Part shown: piece after piece, positions 29,186 through 38,426 of the stretch
Layout: each line of letters opens with the position of its first letter
Position numbering within the stretch: position 1 is the stretch's first letter
Virus record (IMG/VR): IMGVR_UViG_3300025133_000040
Location: 1-64,000 of that record
Strand: one strand, 5' to 3'
Length of the DNA: 64,000 nucleotides
Source of the DNA: a virus
Program-made: the position numbers and the translations under genes
Notes under the pieces: model-generated
The model's database searches: none
What the model was told of the DNA's origin: nothing
The model's input: the letters and a program-made list of their open reading frames with translations, nothing else

Positions 29186-30297
29186 ATTTTTCCTTCCATT
29201 AGTTTAGCGATACTGTCGTGTGTGTAGTTTTGGATTCTTTTCTGTAGTGCTTCTTTTCTTTGTCCTTTGCGCTCCTCGCTCATTTCGTAGGCAGCTCTCA
29301 TTTGTTTCTGCATAGAGATGATGTTTGGCTCCTGCCACGTCTCGTGGCTTGTGTAGAGCTGTCGCAAGGGGAAGTCGCTAACAACGACTGGCACTTCATG
29401 GCTGTCTATGTGTAGCCCAGCATTACCTGTTAGCTCAGACATGGGGGTGTTATCTGTTACGACAACTTGATTCCCCATTACCATAGCCTCCATCACCGGC
29501 CTAGACAAGGATTCACCACGAGAAGGAATTACCAAGCAATCGCCTAAAACGTGCAGGCCATTCAGTTCTGCCTCACTTAAGAAGTCTGTAATAATAAACT
29601 CTCGGTGGTAGTCTTGCAGACTAGCGTACAGTCTCATCTTTTTCTTTAGGTCAAGAATTTCACCTTGCAGCTCCGAGGACAGGTCTTCTGCCGACCTGAG
29701 TAGCTTGCTGGTTTTAATGACTAGTTTGACGGGCTCGCTTCTTGCAAACTCACGATGGAACGCCAAAACTAAACCCATGATGTTTTTTCTATAGATTTTC
29801 TCACCAAGGAAGTAGAACACATAACAGTCTTCCATCTCTGGTAGCTTTAATGGTTCCGCTTCTGGGTTCAGCCAATCCATGTCGATAGGCATAGGCACAA
29901 CACTAACGGGGACGTTGACACCGTCATTTAAAAGTATTTGCTTCTCTGTTTCGCTGCTCACCCACATTTCATCAAGTAGATTGATGTGGTTCGCCCATCC
30001 AATAGGCTTCCAACCAGCGGTTTCAAAGTAGGAGATACCTATATTGTGACAGTCTGCTTGATAATCGAAGTAGTGAGGGAGCGCGTTCTGAATAACGACA
30101 TCAGGACGAGCTTTCAACACTGTGTTCTCTAGCTTTTCGACGTACGAAGGAACGTCTTCGTCAACACTAGCGGCCATGAATATTGGCTTAGACGACACGT
30201 TGAATTTAGTTTTAGACAAAGCCTTCAAGTAGTCTCTTGATGCCCTACCCCAACCGTCTCGCTGTCTGTATGGTCCGATAAAGAGTACATTCTTCAT
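29164..30297 (-). CDS. GT4 glycosyltransferase
   Basis: DGWGRA, DEMWVSS, RKN, PSRGESLSRPVMEAMVMG. Confidence 0.85.
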   Translation of the reverse strand: MKNVLFIGPYRQRDGWGRASRDYLKALSKTKFNVSSKPIFMAASVDEDVPSYVEKLENTVLKARPDVVIQNALPHYFDYQADCHNIGISYFETAGWKPIGWANHINLLDEMWVSSETEKQILLNDGVNVPVSVVPMPIDMDWLNPEAEPLKLPEMEDCYVFYFLGEKIYRKNIMGLVLAFHREFARSEPVKLVIKTSKLLRSAEDLSSELQGEILDLKKKMRLYASLQDYHREFIITDFLSEAELNGLHVLGDCLVIPSRGESLSRPVMEAMVMGNQVVVTDNTPMSELTGNAGLHIDSHEVPVVVSDFPLRQLYTSHETWQEPNIISMQKQMRAAYEMSEERKGQRKEALQKRIQNYTHDSIAKLMEGKICHPLET

Positions 30298-31934
30298 TAC
30301 ATTTTTCCTCTAGCAAAGTTAATGTAGTCTGTTCCGGCTGGCTTTAGTAAGCCGACACGATTCTGCTCACAAACAATTTTGTTCTGAGCGATGTTAAGAA
30401 ATGTTTTAAATATTTTTTGTTGGTCAACAGGCTTAAAAGACGACCCTTCTTGAATCCACCCATAGTTTAAGTCCTCAAGGATGGTAAGAGCCTCTGTGCT
30501 ACTGCGCCTATGTGGCTCGTCAATTACCGAGCGATAAATCCAGTTGACAAAGTCTTTGTTGTCCATACCCTCAGGGATTGAGGCAGGAGGATTGGGCAGG
30601 TCAATAGGTGCGTTCCACTGACCCTGACGCCCTGTTAGCTCAACATTGTCGATGTAGTCTGCCCAAGTTTGAGCTGTCTTATCCCAGTCGAAGTATCTTT
30701 CAGCAGCCTTTCGGGCACTATTAGATTTTTTCTTCCATTCTTCTGGTGACATTTTAGCCATCTTGACGAATGTCTTAGCGGTAAACTCAACGTCGGGCAG
30801 AGCCCTTACGGATTCTGTACCTAGGTCATGGAAGAATCGTTGAACCTTAAGAGGGAACCCCTTGGTCTTTTCTACAACGTCTTCCATTGCTGAGTAGTTC
30901 ACCGCTGAAATAGGAACACCACAAGCTGCTGCTTCTGCCATAGGCATACCAAAGCCTTCACAGGTTGCGTATTGCACATAGTAATCAAACAATTGATACA
31001 CCTGAGCTAGGTGTCGTCTGTCAAATCCTTTGTTTGTGTTAGGCATAATGCCTGTTGGTGCGTTGCTGTGAGGAGAGTACGTGCGAGCGCCTTGAAATCT
31101 TGATACAAACGGCTCGTTGGTTTCCTCGCAAATGTAGCTGAATAGTACCTTGTGACCAATGCCGTAGTACTTACTCCACTTAGCTAGGTTCCAGCCCACG
31201 TCTGGATAAGACGTATGACAGTATAGGTAGACGTTCTCAGAAAGCTCTGGGTTGTCGTCCATGAACTTGCGAAAAGCTTGGAACAGGTCTGGGTATAGCT
31301 TCCTCACCTGATTACGTGCGACCATACCAATGATAACTGCGTTCTCATTAAACCCTAGTCGCTTACGGTGTTCCTTTAGGTTTTCGATAGGGACATAGGT
31401 CTTAAGGTCTACGCCTGGAGATGCCGTGCCTTTATACTCTATCTTATTATGGCTCTGCTCTTGAATGACCTTTCCTCCCCAGTCCGTATAGGTAAATACG
31501 GCGTCAGCTCCGCAGAAAGAATCAATCCATTCTTCTTTTTGTGGGGCAGAGTCAACAGTAGGCATGATGGCCCAGTTGAAGTACTTCCTAAGGGGGCTGT
31601 TAGCCTGATGCGCAAAACACCAGGGGTCTCTAATGTCGATGACTATGTCTGGACGATAGTCTATAAGGACTCGTTCAAACCGCCACTCTCCAAACTTGTT
31701 AGTGGGTTTAGAAACAAATTCCTTATGCCGTGGGTCATTTGGCCTGACGTTGTTAGCGTACTGTGGCCATGGCTTAGGGTCCATAGCTAGTCCCTGGACT
31801 GTTACACCCATGGCGAACTCAGCTATGTCGTATCCTTGGCTATGTAACCTAGTTAGAATTTCGTTTCCGTACGTCCCAAAGCCAGAAGCGGCAGTTGAGG
31901 ATTCATTACACAGAAGTATTTTCTTTTTTGCCAT
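30297..31934 (-). CDS. GT4 glycosyltransferase
   Basis: SGFG, PGVD, VARNQVRK, EGFGMPMAEAAACG; start taken as MAKKK at 31934. Confidence 0.85.
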   Translation of the reverse strand: MAKKKILLCNESSTAASGFGTYGNEILTRLHSQGYDIAEFAMGVTVQGLAMDPKPWPQYANNVRPNDPRHKEFVSKPTNKFGEWRFERVLIDYRPDIVIDIRDPWCFAHQANSPLRKYFNWAIMPTVDSAPQKEEWIDSFCGADAVFTYTDWGGKVIQEQSHNKIEYKGTASPGVDLKTYVPIENLKEHRKRLGFNENAVIIGMVARNQVRKLYPDLFQAFRKFMDDNPELSENVYLYCHTSYPDVGWNLAKWSKYYGIGHKVLFSYICEETNEPFVSRFQGARTYSPHSNAPTGIMPNTNKGFDRRHLAQVYQLFDYYVQYATCEGFGMPMAEAAACGVPISAVNYSAMEDVVEKTKGFPLKVQRFFHDLGTESVRALPDVEFTAKTFVKMAKMSPEEWKKKSNSARKAAERYFDWDKTAQTWADYIDNVELTGRQGQWNAPIDLPNPPASIPEGMDNKDFVNWIYRSVIDEPHRRSSTEALTILEDLNYGWIQEGSSFKPVDQQKIFKTFLNIAQNKIVCEQNRVGLLKPAGTDYINFARGKM

Positions 31935-32397
31935 TTGCGTTCTTGATTTTTTGAACTGCGTTTTTGTAAATTTTACTTGCCCACTGAGGGGTGTAACCAC
32001 CAAACTCTTCGGCAATCTTAGTGAAGGTATGGTTCTGCAACCTTCTTTCTACGACGAACCTCTCCTTGTGTGTGAGGTTTTCAGGTATAACTTCTTCTAC
32101 ATTTTCCTTGGTTGTAAAAGATTCGTCACCTGATAGACCCTGGTTGCGTTCACTGTATCGCTTCTCTTTGTTTATATGGCGCATGATTTCGCCTGAGATA
32201 TAGTACCAAGAGTAGGTACTGAGAGCGCTGCCTTTGCTAGGGTCGTACTTGCGTATGGCTTTTAACAAACCAATCCTCCCAAGCTGGATGTAGTCATCCA
32301 ACTCAAGAGGATTTCGTGGTCTGAAAGATTTCGCAATGTGTATCACCAAACCAATGTTGTCATTGATAAGGGAATTTTCTATATCACACTGGCCCAC
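31906..32397 (-). CDS. RNA polymerase sigma-70 family factor (regions 2 and 4)
   Basis: NIGLVIHIAK...DDYIQLGRIGLLKAIRKYDPSKG.ALSTY (region 2); LTHKER...TFTKIAEEF HTH (region 4). Confidence 0.9.
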   Translation of the reverse strand: MGQCDIENSLINDNIGLVIHIAKSFRPRNPLELDDYIQLGRIGLLKAIRKYDPSKGSALSTYSWYYISGEIMRHINKEKRYSERNQGLSGDESFTTKENVEEVIPENLTHKERFVVERRLQNHTFTKIAEEFGGYTPQWASKIYKNAVQKIKNANGKKENTSV

Positions 32398-32807
32398 TAA
32401 AAGGGAATTTTCTTCTCGTTGCCAGCACTGGCAGTTTCAGTGGTTTCGGAGTGCTCAGAGCTACCTCCGTCGTCAAGGTTTCGCTTCCTAATGGTGGTAG
32501 GCTTAATGCGATTAGCCTTGATGAACACGTCAGTTCGCTTCTGCTCGTGCTTGTCTGTCCAGTCCTTGCTATCAAGTTGGCCTTCCACGAGGACAAGCTC
32601 ACCCTTTTCTAGCGCCGCCACCTTTTCGGCTGAATAACCCCAGGCTGTGACACGAGCCCAAATTGTTTTGTCTACCCAGTCTCCGGTTTTCTTGTCCTTA
32701 TAGCCATCGTTGATAGCCACGGAAAAGTTTGCAACCTTTGAGCTGCCAGCGTCACGAAGTTCAGGTTGGGCTCCAAGACGACCCCATACAGTTACGATAT
32801 TGCACAT
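32397..32807 (-). CDS. ssb: Single-stranded DNA-binding protein
   Basis: GRLGAQPELR, FSVAIN, KGELVLVEGQL; C-terminal IPF. Confidence 0.95.
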   Translation of the reverse strand: MCNIVTVWGRLGAQPELRDAGSSKVANFSVAINDGYKDKKTGDWVDKTIWARVTAWGYSAEKVAALEKGELVLVEGQLDSKDWTDKHEQKRTDVFIKANRIKPTTIRKRNLDDGGSSEHSETTETASAGNEKKIPF

Positions 32808-32870
32808 ATTCTAGTGCTCCCATAAAAAAAATAATTACCAGGACGTTGTTGTCCTTGGTCTGATATATTA

Positions 32871-32899
32871 AGTGTAGACACGACCATGGTCTTTGTCAA
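32871..32899 (-). promoter_or_regulatory. Host sigma70-type promoter for ssb (TTGACA-N17-TACACT)
   Basis: Minus strand: -35 at 32899-32894, 17-nt spacer, -10 at 32876-32871. Confidence 0.75.
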
Positions 32900-34585
32900 C
32901 TATAGCTGCTTAATTTTTTCCACAATAATCCCGCCACGGTCACTTTTCTTACCGCTAATCAGGATGGTGTTGTCCTCAAAGAGGTAGCCGTTGAGTTCTT
33001 CCCAGCTATCAGGGAACACAACTACGTTCTCCATGGTGCCGCTGAGGTCAGAAACCTCTAGGAACGCCATGCTAGAGCCAGGATTCTTACCGTTCTTTGT
33101 CTTAACCTGTTTAACCCTGTCGATTTGACAGGAGATAATGATAGGTGTTCGTCTGAACCCATGGTTAAACTCTCTAATATTACAGTTGGCGTTGCCAATG
33201 TCTACCCCGTCCACAGCAGATGCCGTCAGAGCCACCCCTAGGAGCCTACGTTCCTCTTGGTTAATCCACTGAGGAGTGTCCCCAAGGTCGTGAGGAGGGC
33301 TCACAACAGCCTGTAGAAAGCCTCTCACTTTGTGAAGGCGAGGTTTAGTATGGCACACAGCATCTTTTCCTGAGCCTAAAGATATGATTAATTCTAACAC
33401 ATGCTCAAGACTCTCAACCTCATGCCTCGTTCTGACTGCCGCACTACCCTCGTAGTCCTTCAGAAGAAGTAGTCGTTCCACTTTGGGCTTCTCTGTTTTG
33501 CTTACCTTGCTGTAGATAAGGTATTCATACTCCATTCTACTGCGAGATACCTTCATGTAGTCCAAGGCACCCGATTTAATCATAGCTATGACCGCCGTCT
33601 TGGTAACCCTCTGAGACAGGAAGACAAGGAACTCTACCCATGTCCACTCACCCCTTCCTTTTCCTAGCATCTTCTCAATATGGCAGGTTTTGTCTACTAC
33701 CTTATCAAATACGGAGCCACCAATTCCCTTAATGTCTACAAATCCAAAGTAAATCTTCTGATTAATTATACGGAAGTGGTCGTTTAGGTTTCGGAAGTCT
33801 GGAGCATATACGTCAACATCGTGATTACGTGCGTCATTGACTAGCTCACGAATTTCATCTTGGGGCTTTTGCTTTTCCTTGGCGTAAAACAAGTAGGAAG
33901 TGTAGAAAACCTTAGGGAAGTGAGCCTTAGCATACGCAGCTAGATAGCCGTTCACAGCATAACACACAGCGTGAGACAGGTTGAAAGAGTACCGTTGGGA
34001 CTTTTCAATCCATCCAAAAATTTGCTCAGCCTCTTCCTCTGTGACAATACCCACACTCCTACAGCCCTCCATAAACTCAAACTTGACCTTCTGCATGACC
34101 TCGACTTTTTTCTTGCCGATAGCCTTACGAAGTACGTCTGCCTGTTGAAGGTTGAATCCCGCAATATCCTTTGCTATTTGCATAGCGTTCTCTTGGTAAA
34201 TCATCTGACCAAAAGTAGAACTAAGAGCGGCCTCAAGAGCTGGATGGTAGTAGCTTATCTCTTCCTTGCCATTTTTACGGTCGATATAGTGATTGGTAAT
34301 AGACTTATCATCAATCATAGCCTCAGAACACCCAGGACGGATGATGGCAGACAATGCCGCAAGCTGTTCGATATTCTCAGGTTTAAGCTTAGAGGCGAGA
34401 GACTGACCCAGCCTACTCTCTAGTTGGAATACGCCTTTTGTTTTTCCTGATGAAATTAAATCCCATGTTCTAGTGCAGTCCAAAGGGACCACGTCTAGAC
34501 TAGGATTAAATCTTAGCTTAGGGCGACCATTAACTTCACCGCTTGTCTCAAAGCAGCAGCCGCATCCTGGGTAAGTATAGGTCAT
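32900..34585 (-). CDS. dnaE: DNA polymerase III alpha subunit, C-terminal half (fingers, HhH, OB)
   Basis: GVFQLES, RPG, IYQE..MQ, LRKAIGKK, YSFNLSHA, IKGIG and MAFLEVSD OB motifs. Confidence 0.9.
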   Translation of the reverse strand: MTYTYPGCGCCFETSGEVNGRPKLRFNPSLDVVPLDCTRTWDLISSGKTKGVFQLESRLGQSLASKLKPENIEQLAALSAIIRPGCSEAMIDDKSITNHYIDRKNGKEEISYYHPALEAALSSTFGQMIYQENAMQIAKDIAGFNLQQADVLRKAIGKKKVEVMQKVKFEFMEGCRSVGIVTEEEAEQIFGWIEKSQRYSFNLSHAVCYAVNGYLAAYAKAHFPKVFYTSYLFYAKEKQKPQDEIRELVNDARNHDVDVYAPDFRNLNDHFRIINQKIYFGFVDIKGIGGSVFDKVVDKTCHIEKMLGKGRGEWTWVEFLVFLSQRVTKTAVIAMIKSGALDYMKVSRSRMEYEYLIYSKVSKTEKPKVERLLLLKDYEGSAAVRTRHEVESLEHVLELIISLGSGKDAVCHTKPRLHKVRGFLQAVVSPPHDLGDTPQWINQEERRLLGVALTASAVDGVDIGNANCNIREFNHGFRRTPIIISCQIDRVKQVKTKNGKNPGSSMAFLEVSDLSGTMENVVVFPDSWEELNGYLFEDNTILISGKKSDRGGIIVEKIKQL

Positions 34586-35284
34586 TTATTTTTTCTTACT
34601 CTTCTTTAGGGCCTCGTGATATTCTTTAAACTTATCAACACGCGAAGCGCAATGGCGACTTAGCGTTAAGAAACGAATAATCAACTCGGCACAGTCCTGA
34701 ACATCCTTTAGGGCGTCGTGAGCGTTGGTAGCATCAATCTGAAAAAACTCACGCAACGTATCCACCTTGTAGTTAGCAGGCCCATAAGACAGCCCTTCAA
34801 ACCAGTGGTACGCCATACGTTGAACGTCAGCCATGTCACAGTCACGAGGAAAGAACATGGTTTTGATATTGTATTTGTCATTTAGCTTATTGGCAATAGG
34901 AATGTCGAAGCCACCAATGTTGGCTCCACCAGGAACAGGGGCGGTCCACATAGTGCCACCTGGATTAAACCTATTAACAAAATTAGAGAAGAGGCTCCAC
35001 GTCACGTCTTGTGAGGGAGCCTCTCTCCATGAGGTAATGATAGCATCCGTAGTTGTCTTTTGAATCCTTGCGTGCCAGCCGATAGTCTCAAGACGCTCGT
35101 CCGTTAGGTAGTCATCAATCTTGTCAATTCCAGGCGGCTTCATCATTGTGTTAAATTCCGAACCAGGGATAACCTCTAGCTTAATCGGGTCGATAACACA
35201 TGCAGCCACTTGTACCGGGTTGCAAGTCTCTGGCTTAGGACCATCGGTTTCAAAGTCAAATACGAAATACTTTCTTTTGTTCAT
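34586..35284 (-). CDS. dnaQ: DEDDh 3'-5' exonuclease (DnaQ/epsilon-like)
   Basis: VFDFETDG, N..FD, HDALKD motifs. Confidence 0.85.
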   Translation of the reverse strand: MNKRKYFVFDFETDGPKPETCNPVQVAACVIDPIKLEVIPGSEFNTMMKPPGIDKIDDYLTDERLETIGWHARIQKTTTDAIITSWREAPSQDVTWSLFSNFVNRFNPGGTMWTAPVPGGANIGGFDIPIANKLNDKYNIKTMFFPRDCDMADVQRMAYHWFEGLSYGPANYKVDTLREFFQIDATNAHDALKDVQDCAELIIRFLTLSRHCASRVDKFKEYHEALKKSKKK

Positions 35285-35676
35285 TTTTTATCCTGTATTG
35301 AGTCGTAGTCAAAATCCTCTTCATCGTCTTCGTCTTCTTCAAGTGTAGGGTCTTCTACCTCTCTTGTCAAGGGGAAACCAAACAATTCTTCTACATCGTT
35401 GGTTGAATTCATCTGCTTGATAATATCTTCTGGGAATATGTCGCTGTCTACGGTCGGTTCGACACCCTTTGAGAGCGTAGTCTCAACCACGTCTATACCC
35501 TCAATCAGTTCTACCTTGGTCTTAGCTCCGAACAAGGCGTTGCCAGAGTGGCTAGTAGCATTGTACTCAGGGCAGCAACCTGCCGTCTTCCAGTAAGTCT
35601 TAACTCGTTGATATTCAATGTCATGTATTCTGAAAAATCCGTTCATTGGAACTTCTTTAAACATTAGCATAGTCAT
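35281..35676 (-). CDS. Hypothetical protein with acidic C-terminal tail
   Basis: ORF between dnaE-N and dnaQ; start taken at MTMLM (35676). Confidence 0.55.
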   Translation of the reverse strand: MTMLMFKEVPMNGFFRIHDIEYQRVKTYWKTAGCCPEYNATSHSGNALFGAKTKVELIEGIDVVETTLSKGVEPTVDSDIFPEDIIKQMNSTNDVEELFGFPLTREVEDPTLEEDEDDEEDFDYDSIQDKK

Positions 35677-37561
35677 AATCAGTAGTCTCTCTTTCTTTTT
35701 TGGTGTTTTGGAGAATGTCTCCAAACTCTAAAATTTCTTGTATGCCCATAATCTTGTCCAACAAGGCGATGCCTAGAATGTCTAGCTTGACCATGCCTAA
35801 GGCTTCCAGGTCATTCATTTCCATTCCGGCTACGAGCATCTTCTTTTTAGTATCATACACCATAGGGCAGTACTCTTCAAGCGGTTCTGGTGAGATAATA
35901 ACACCAGCAGCGTGCTTAGACTGGATGATTTTCGTCCCTTCCAACCGCATAGCTTGCTCAAAACGAGGCCCTAACTCGCCTGTCACGTTGCCGTTTTCAT
36001 CAATGCCGACTCCCCACTCAGCAAAATCCGCTGGTTTTTCCTCTAAGGCGAAGCGAATTAAGGAAGAATCGCCAGTTTCCTCCTTCATTTCCTGAAGTTC
36101 GCCCGCTACTTTGGCGGGGTCTGGAATTAATTTAGTGATACGATTAATGTCGTCGTTACTTAGGTCTGCATATGCCTTGAACACATCCTTTACCGCAGCA
36201 CGACCTTGCATTGTCTGGTAGGTAATCATTTGGCTAACCTTGTCGTCGCCGTACCTGTCCTTAATGTGCTGAATTACTTCCTCTCGCTTAGCAACGGGAA
36301 CGTCCATATCAATATCAGGTAGGGAGATATTATCCTCTGTATTTCTACCCTCGTTGTAGAACCTTTCAATCAGCAAACCATAAGGAATCGGGTCTACCTG
36401 TGTGATGCCAATGAGGTAAGAGATAAGACAGCCTGCGGCTGACCCACGTCCAGGTCCAGCCAACCAACCCTTATCCCTAACGAAGTTAACAATGTCTTGA
36501 CAGATTAGGAAGTACCCAGATAGGTCTGCCCCCTCAAAAATGTCAAGCTCTTTCTTAACTCGGTCGGCGTACTCTTGGTGCTTGTGTTCTGGAACCTTGC
36601 CTGCGATTAGTTTGGCCCAGCCCTCACGACATAATTGCCGTAGATACAGGTTGCTATCCATGCCGTTGGGGCAAGGAAAAGGAGGCAGGATGGGCTTCCT
36701 AGTAATTTTGAAGTCCTCAATCTTAGCATCAAGCTCCAGAGTGTTTGCCAGTTCTTCCTCAGTGTGTCCGTACTCTATCATTTCCTCGTACGAGGGGATG
36801 TGAAAGCGGTCTGAGTTGAAGAAGCAGTTAAGTTGAAACTCAGGCTTCTTGCCGTTGCGTAGGTTGGTCCCCATACCACGACACAGAAGGATGTTCTGGT
36901 CGGGTGCTTGGTCCTGAGTCGCATAGTGAGCATCGGGCGTTGCTATCACAGGGATTCCTGTTCTGCGCCCCACCTCGCGTACCATCTCAGTCACCTTACG
37001 TTGTAGTGGCTCATAGTCCGCTAAATACAACTGTGTTTCAAGGTAGAAGTTTCCCTTGCCGAACGCCTCTTGCATTTCCAGAGCTAGTCTAACACCAGCA
37101 TCCATGCCTGAGCTAATCAGCATGTTGGCTAGGCATGAGCCTAGGTGCCCACTAAAGCCTATGATGTTACCATCTAGGTATTCTTTTAACTGTTCAAACG
37201 ACAGGCGAGGGCGACGGTAGAAGTGGTCGGGGTGGTTAGATGCTGAGGTAATCTTAATCAGCTTCATCCAGCCCTTGTAGTTCTTACACAGAACAGGGAG
37301 GTGGGACATTTTAGAGTTCTCTGGTTTCTTGACAGAGGCATCTAGCTTAGAAATGTAAAGCTCGCAACCCAGAATAGGCTTCTTACCTGCGTCCCTCATA
37401 GCTTTAGAGAATTGTACCACACCGCTCACAGAACCATGGTCTGTTAGGGCACAGCTACCCGCATCAATAGCCTCAATACGTGCCGCCATCTGCTCAGGCT
37501 GAGCTAGGCCATCCAGAAGAGAGAAATGTGAGTGGCAATGGAGGGGGGTGTACTTTTTCAT
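35657..37561 (-). CDS. dnaE: DNA polymerase III alpha subunit, N-terminal half (PHP plus palm)
   Basis: LHCHSHFSLLDG, TDHG, DAHY, GPGRGSAAG, PDIDMD, SKHAAG, KLDILG. Confidence 0.92.
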   Translation of the reverse strand: MKKYTPLHCHSHFSLLDGLAQPEQMAARIEAIDAGSCALTDHGSVSGVVQFSKAMRDAGKKPILGCELYISKLDASVKKPENSKMSHLPVLCKNYKGWMKLIKITSASNHPDHFYRRPRLSFEQLKEYLDGNIIGFSGHLGSCLANMLISSGMDAGVRLALEMQEAFGKGNFYLETQLYLADYEPLQRKVTEMVREVGRRTGIPVIATPDAHYATQDQAPDQNILLCRGMGTNLRNGKKPEFQLNCFFNSDRFHIPSYEEMIEYGHTEEELANTLELDAKIEDFKITRKPILPPFPCPNGMDSNLYLRQLCREGWAKLIAGKVPEHKHQEYADRVKKELDIFEGADLSGYFLICQDIVNFVRDKGWLAGPGRGSAAGCLISYLIGITQVDPIPYGLLIERFYNEGRNTEDNISLPDIDMDVPVAKREEVIQHIKDRYGDDKVSQMITYQTMQGRAAVKDVFKAYADLSNDDINRITKLIPDPAKVAGELQEMKEETGDSSLIRFALEEKPADFAEWGVGIDENGNVTGELGPRFEQAMRLEGTKIIQSKHAAGVIISPEPLEEYCPMVYDTKKKMLVAGMEMNDLEALGMVKLDILGIALLDKIMGIQEILEFGDILQNTKKERETTDYDYANV

Positions 37562-38217
37562 ACGTAGGTATCGCTCTTTCTAATGTTGTCGGCAGCCCAC
37601 AGGGGTTGCAGGTTTGTATAGTGAAAGCATTGCCTCTGTTGTTCGGGGTCTGTAAGGTCGAACGACGCGCATGGCCGTATGTGGTCGATGTGCCAATCGC
37701 CGTGATTGCTCCAAGACATACCTTCTGTAAATCTTTCTGCTAGGTAGTCTTTAGCGAAAGATATAGAGCATCCGACCAACGCAACTACAGACTCACTCTT
37801 GTATTCTTTTTTAATGCGCCCCGTGAAGGAGCTTCGCAGTATGGCGGTCAGTCTATATTCGGGGTCGTTTTTATACCTATCTCTCTGTAGTTTTCTTCTT
37901 CGTTTTTTATACTTGCTTGTCTGTTTGTATGCCTTGTGGGATGCGAGGTTGTCACTATACCACTTCCTGCTTTTGTCTTTTAATCTTTCTTTGTTCTCGG
38001 CGTAATATCTTCTATTCCTCTCTTTAATTTTTTCTATGTTCTTCTCTCTGTATATTTTACCTTGCTTGTGTATTTTTTTCCTGTTCTTATCCTTATATAT
38101 CTTACTAGATATGGCCACACAAGACCTACATACGTAGTAAAGCCCATCTTTATTAGCTGATTGTTTGCAAAATTCCCTAAGCTCTTTCTCAAGCTTACAC
38201 TTGGTGCAAGTTTTCAT
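37558..38217 (-). CDS. HNH homing-endonuclease-like protein
   Basis: N-terminal CTKC...CRSC, basic repeats, WHIDHIRP...HYTNLQPLWA.DN..K; AT-rich. Confidence 0.85.
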   Translation of the reverse strand: MKTCTKCKLEKELREFCKQSANKDGLYYVCRSCVAISSKIYKDKNRKKIHKQGKIYREKNIEKIKERNRRYYAENKERLKDKSRKWYSDNLASHKAYKQTSKYKKRRRKLQRDRYKNDPEYRLTAILRSSFTGRIKKEYKSESVVALVGCSISFAKDYLAERFTEGMSWSNHGDWHIDHIRPCASFDLTDPEQQRQCFHYTNLQPLWAADNIRKSDTYV

Positions 38218-38426
38218 ATTTTAATATCCAAGTTAACATCGTCAACAGAAAAATAGTACGGACCTGGACCATTTTTACCAAGCTGCATTACTGGACCGCT
38301 ATATACAGTTATGCCGGTAGGATACATACCAGACTTTAGGTAAAATTCATCAATCTCTTTTTGAATAGCTATACGAATGTTCCTTTCGTATTCTCTCGTT
38401 AGGTTTGATAATTTTGATATGTCCAT
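38214..38426 (-). CDS. Hypothetical protein
   Basis: 70-aa ORF coupled to its neighbours. Confidence 0.55.
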   Translation of the reverse strand: MDISKLSNLTREYERNIRIAIQKEIDEFYLKSGMYPTGITVYSGPVMQLGKNGPGPYYFSVDDVNLDIKI

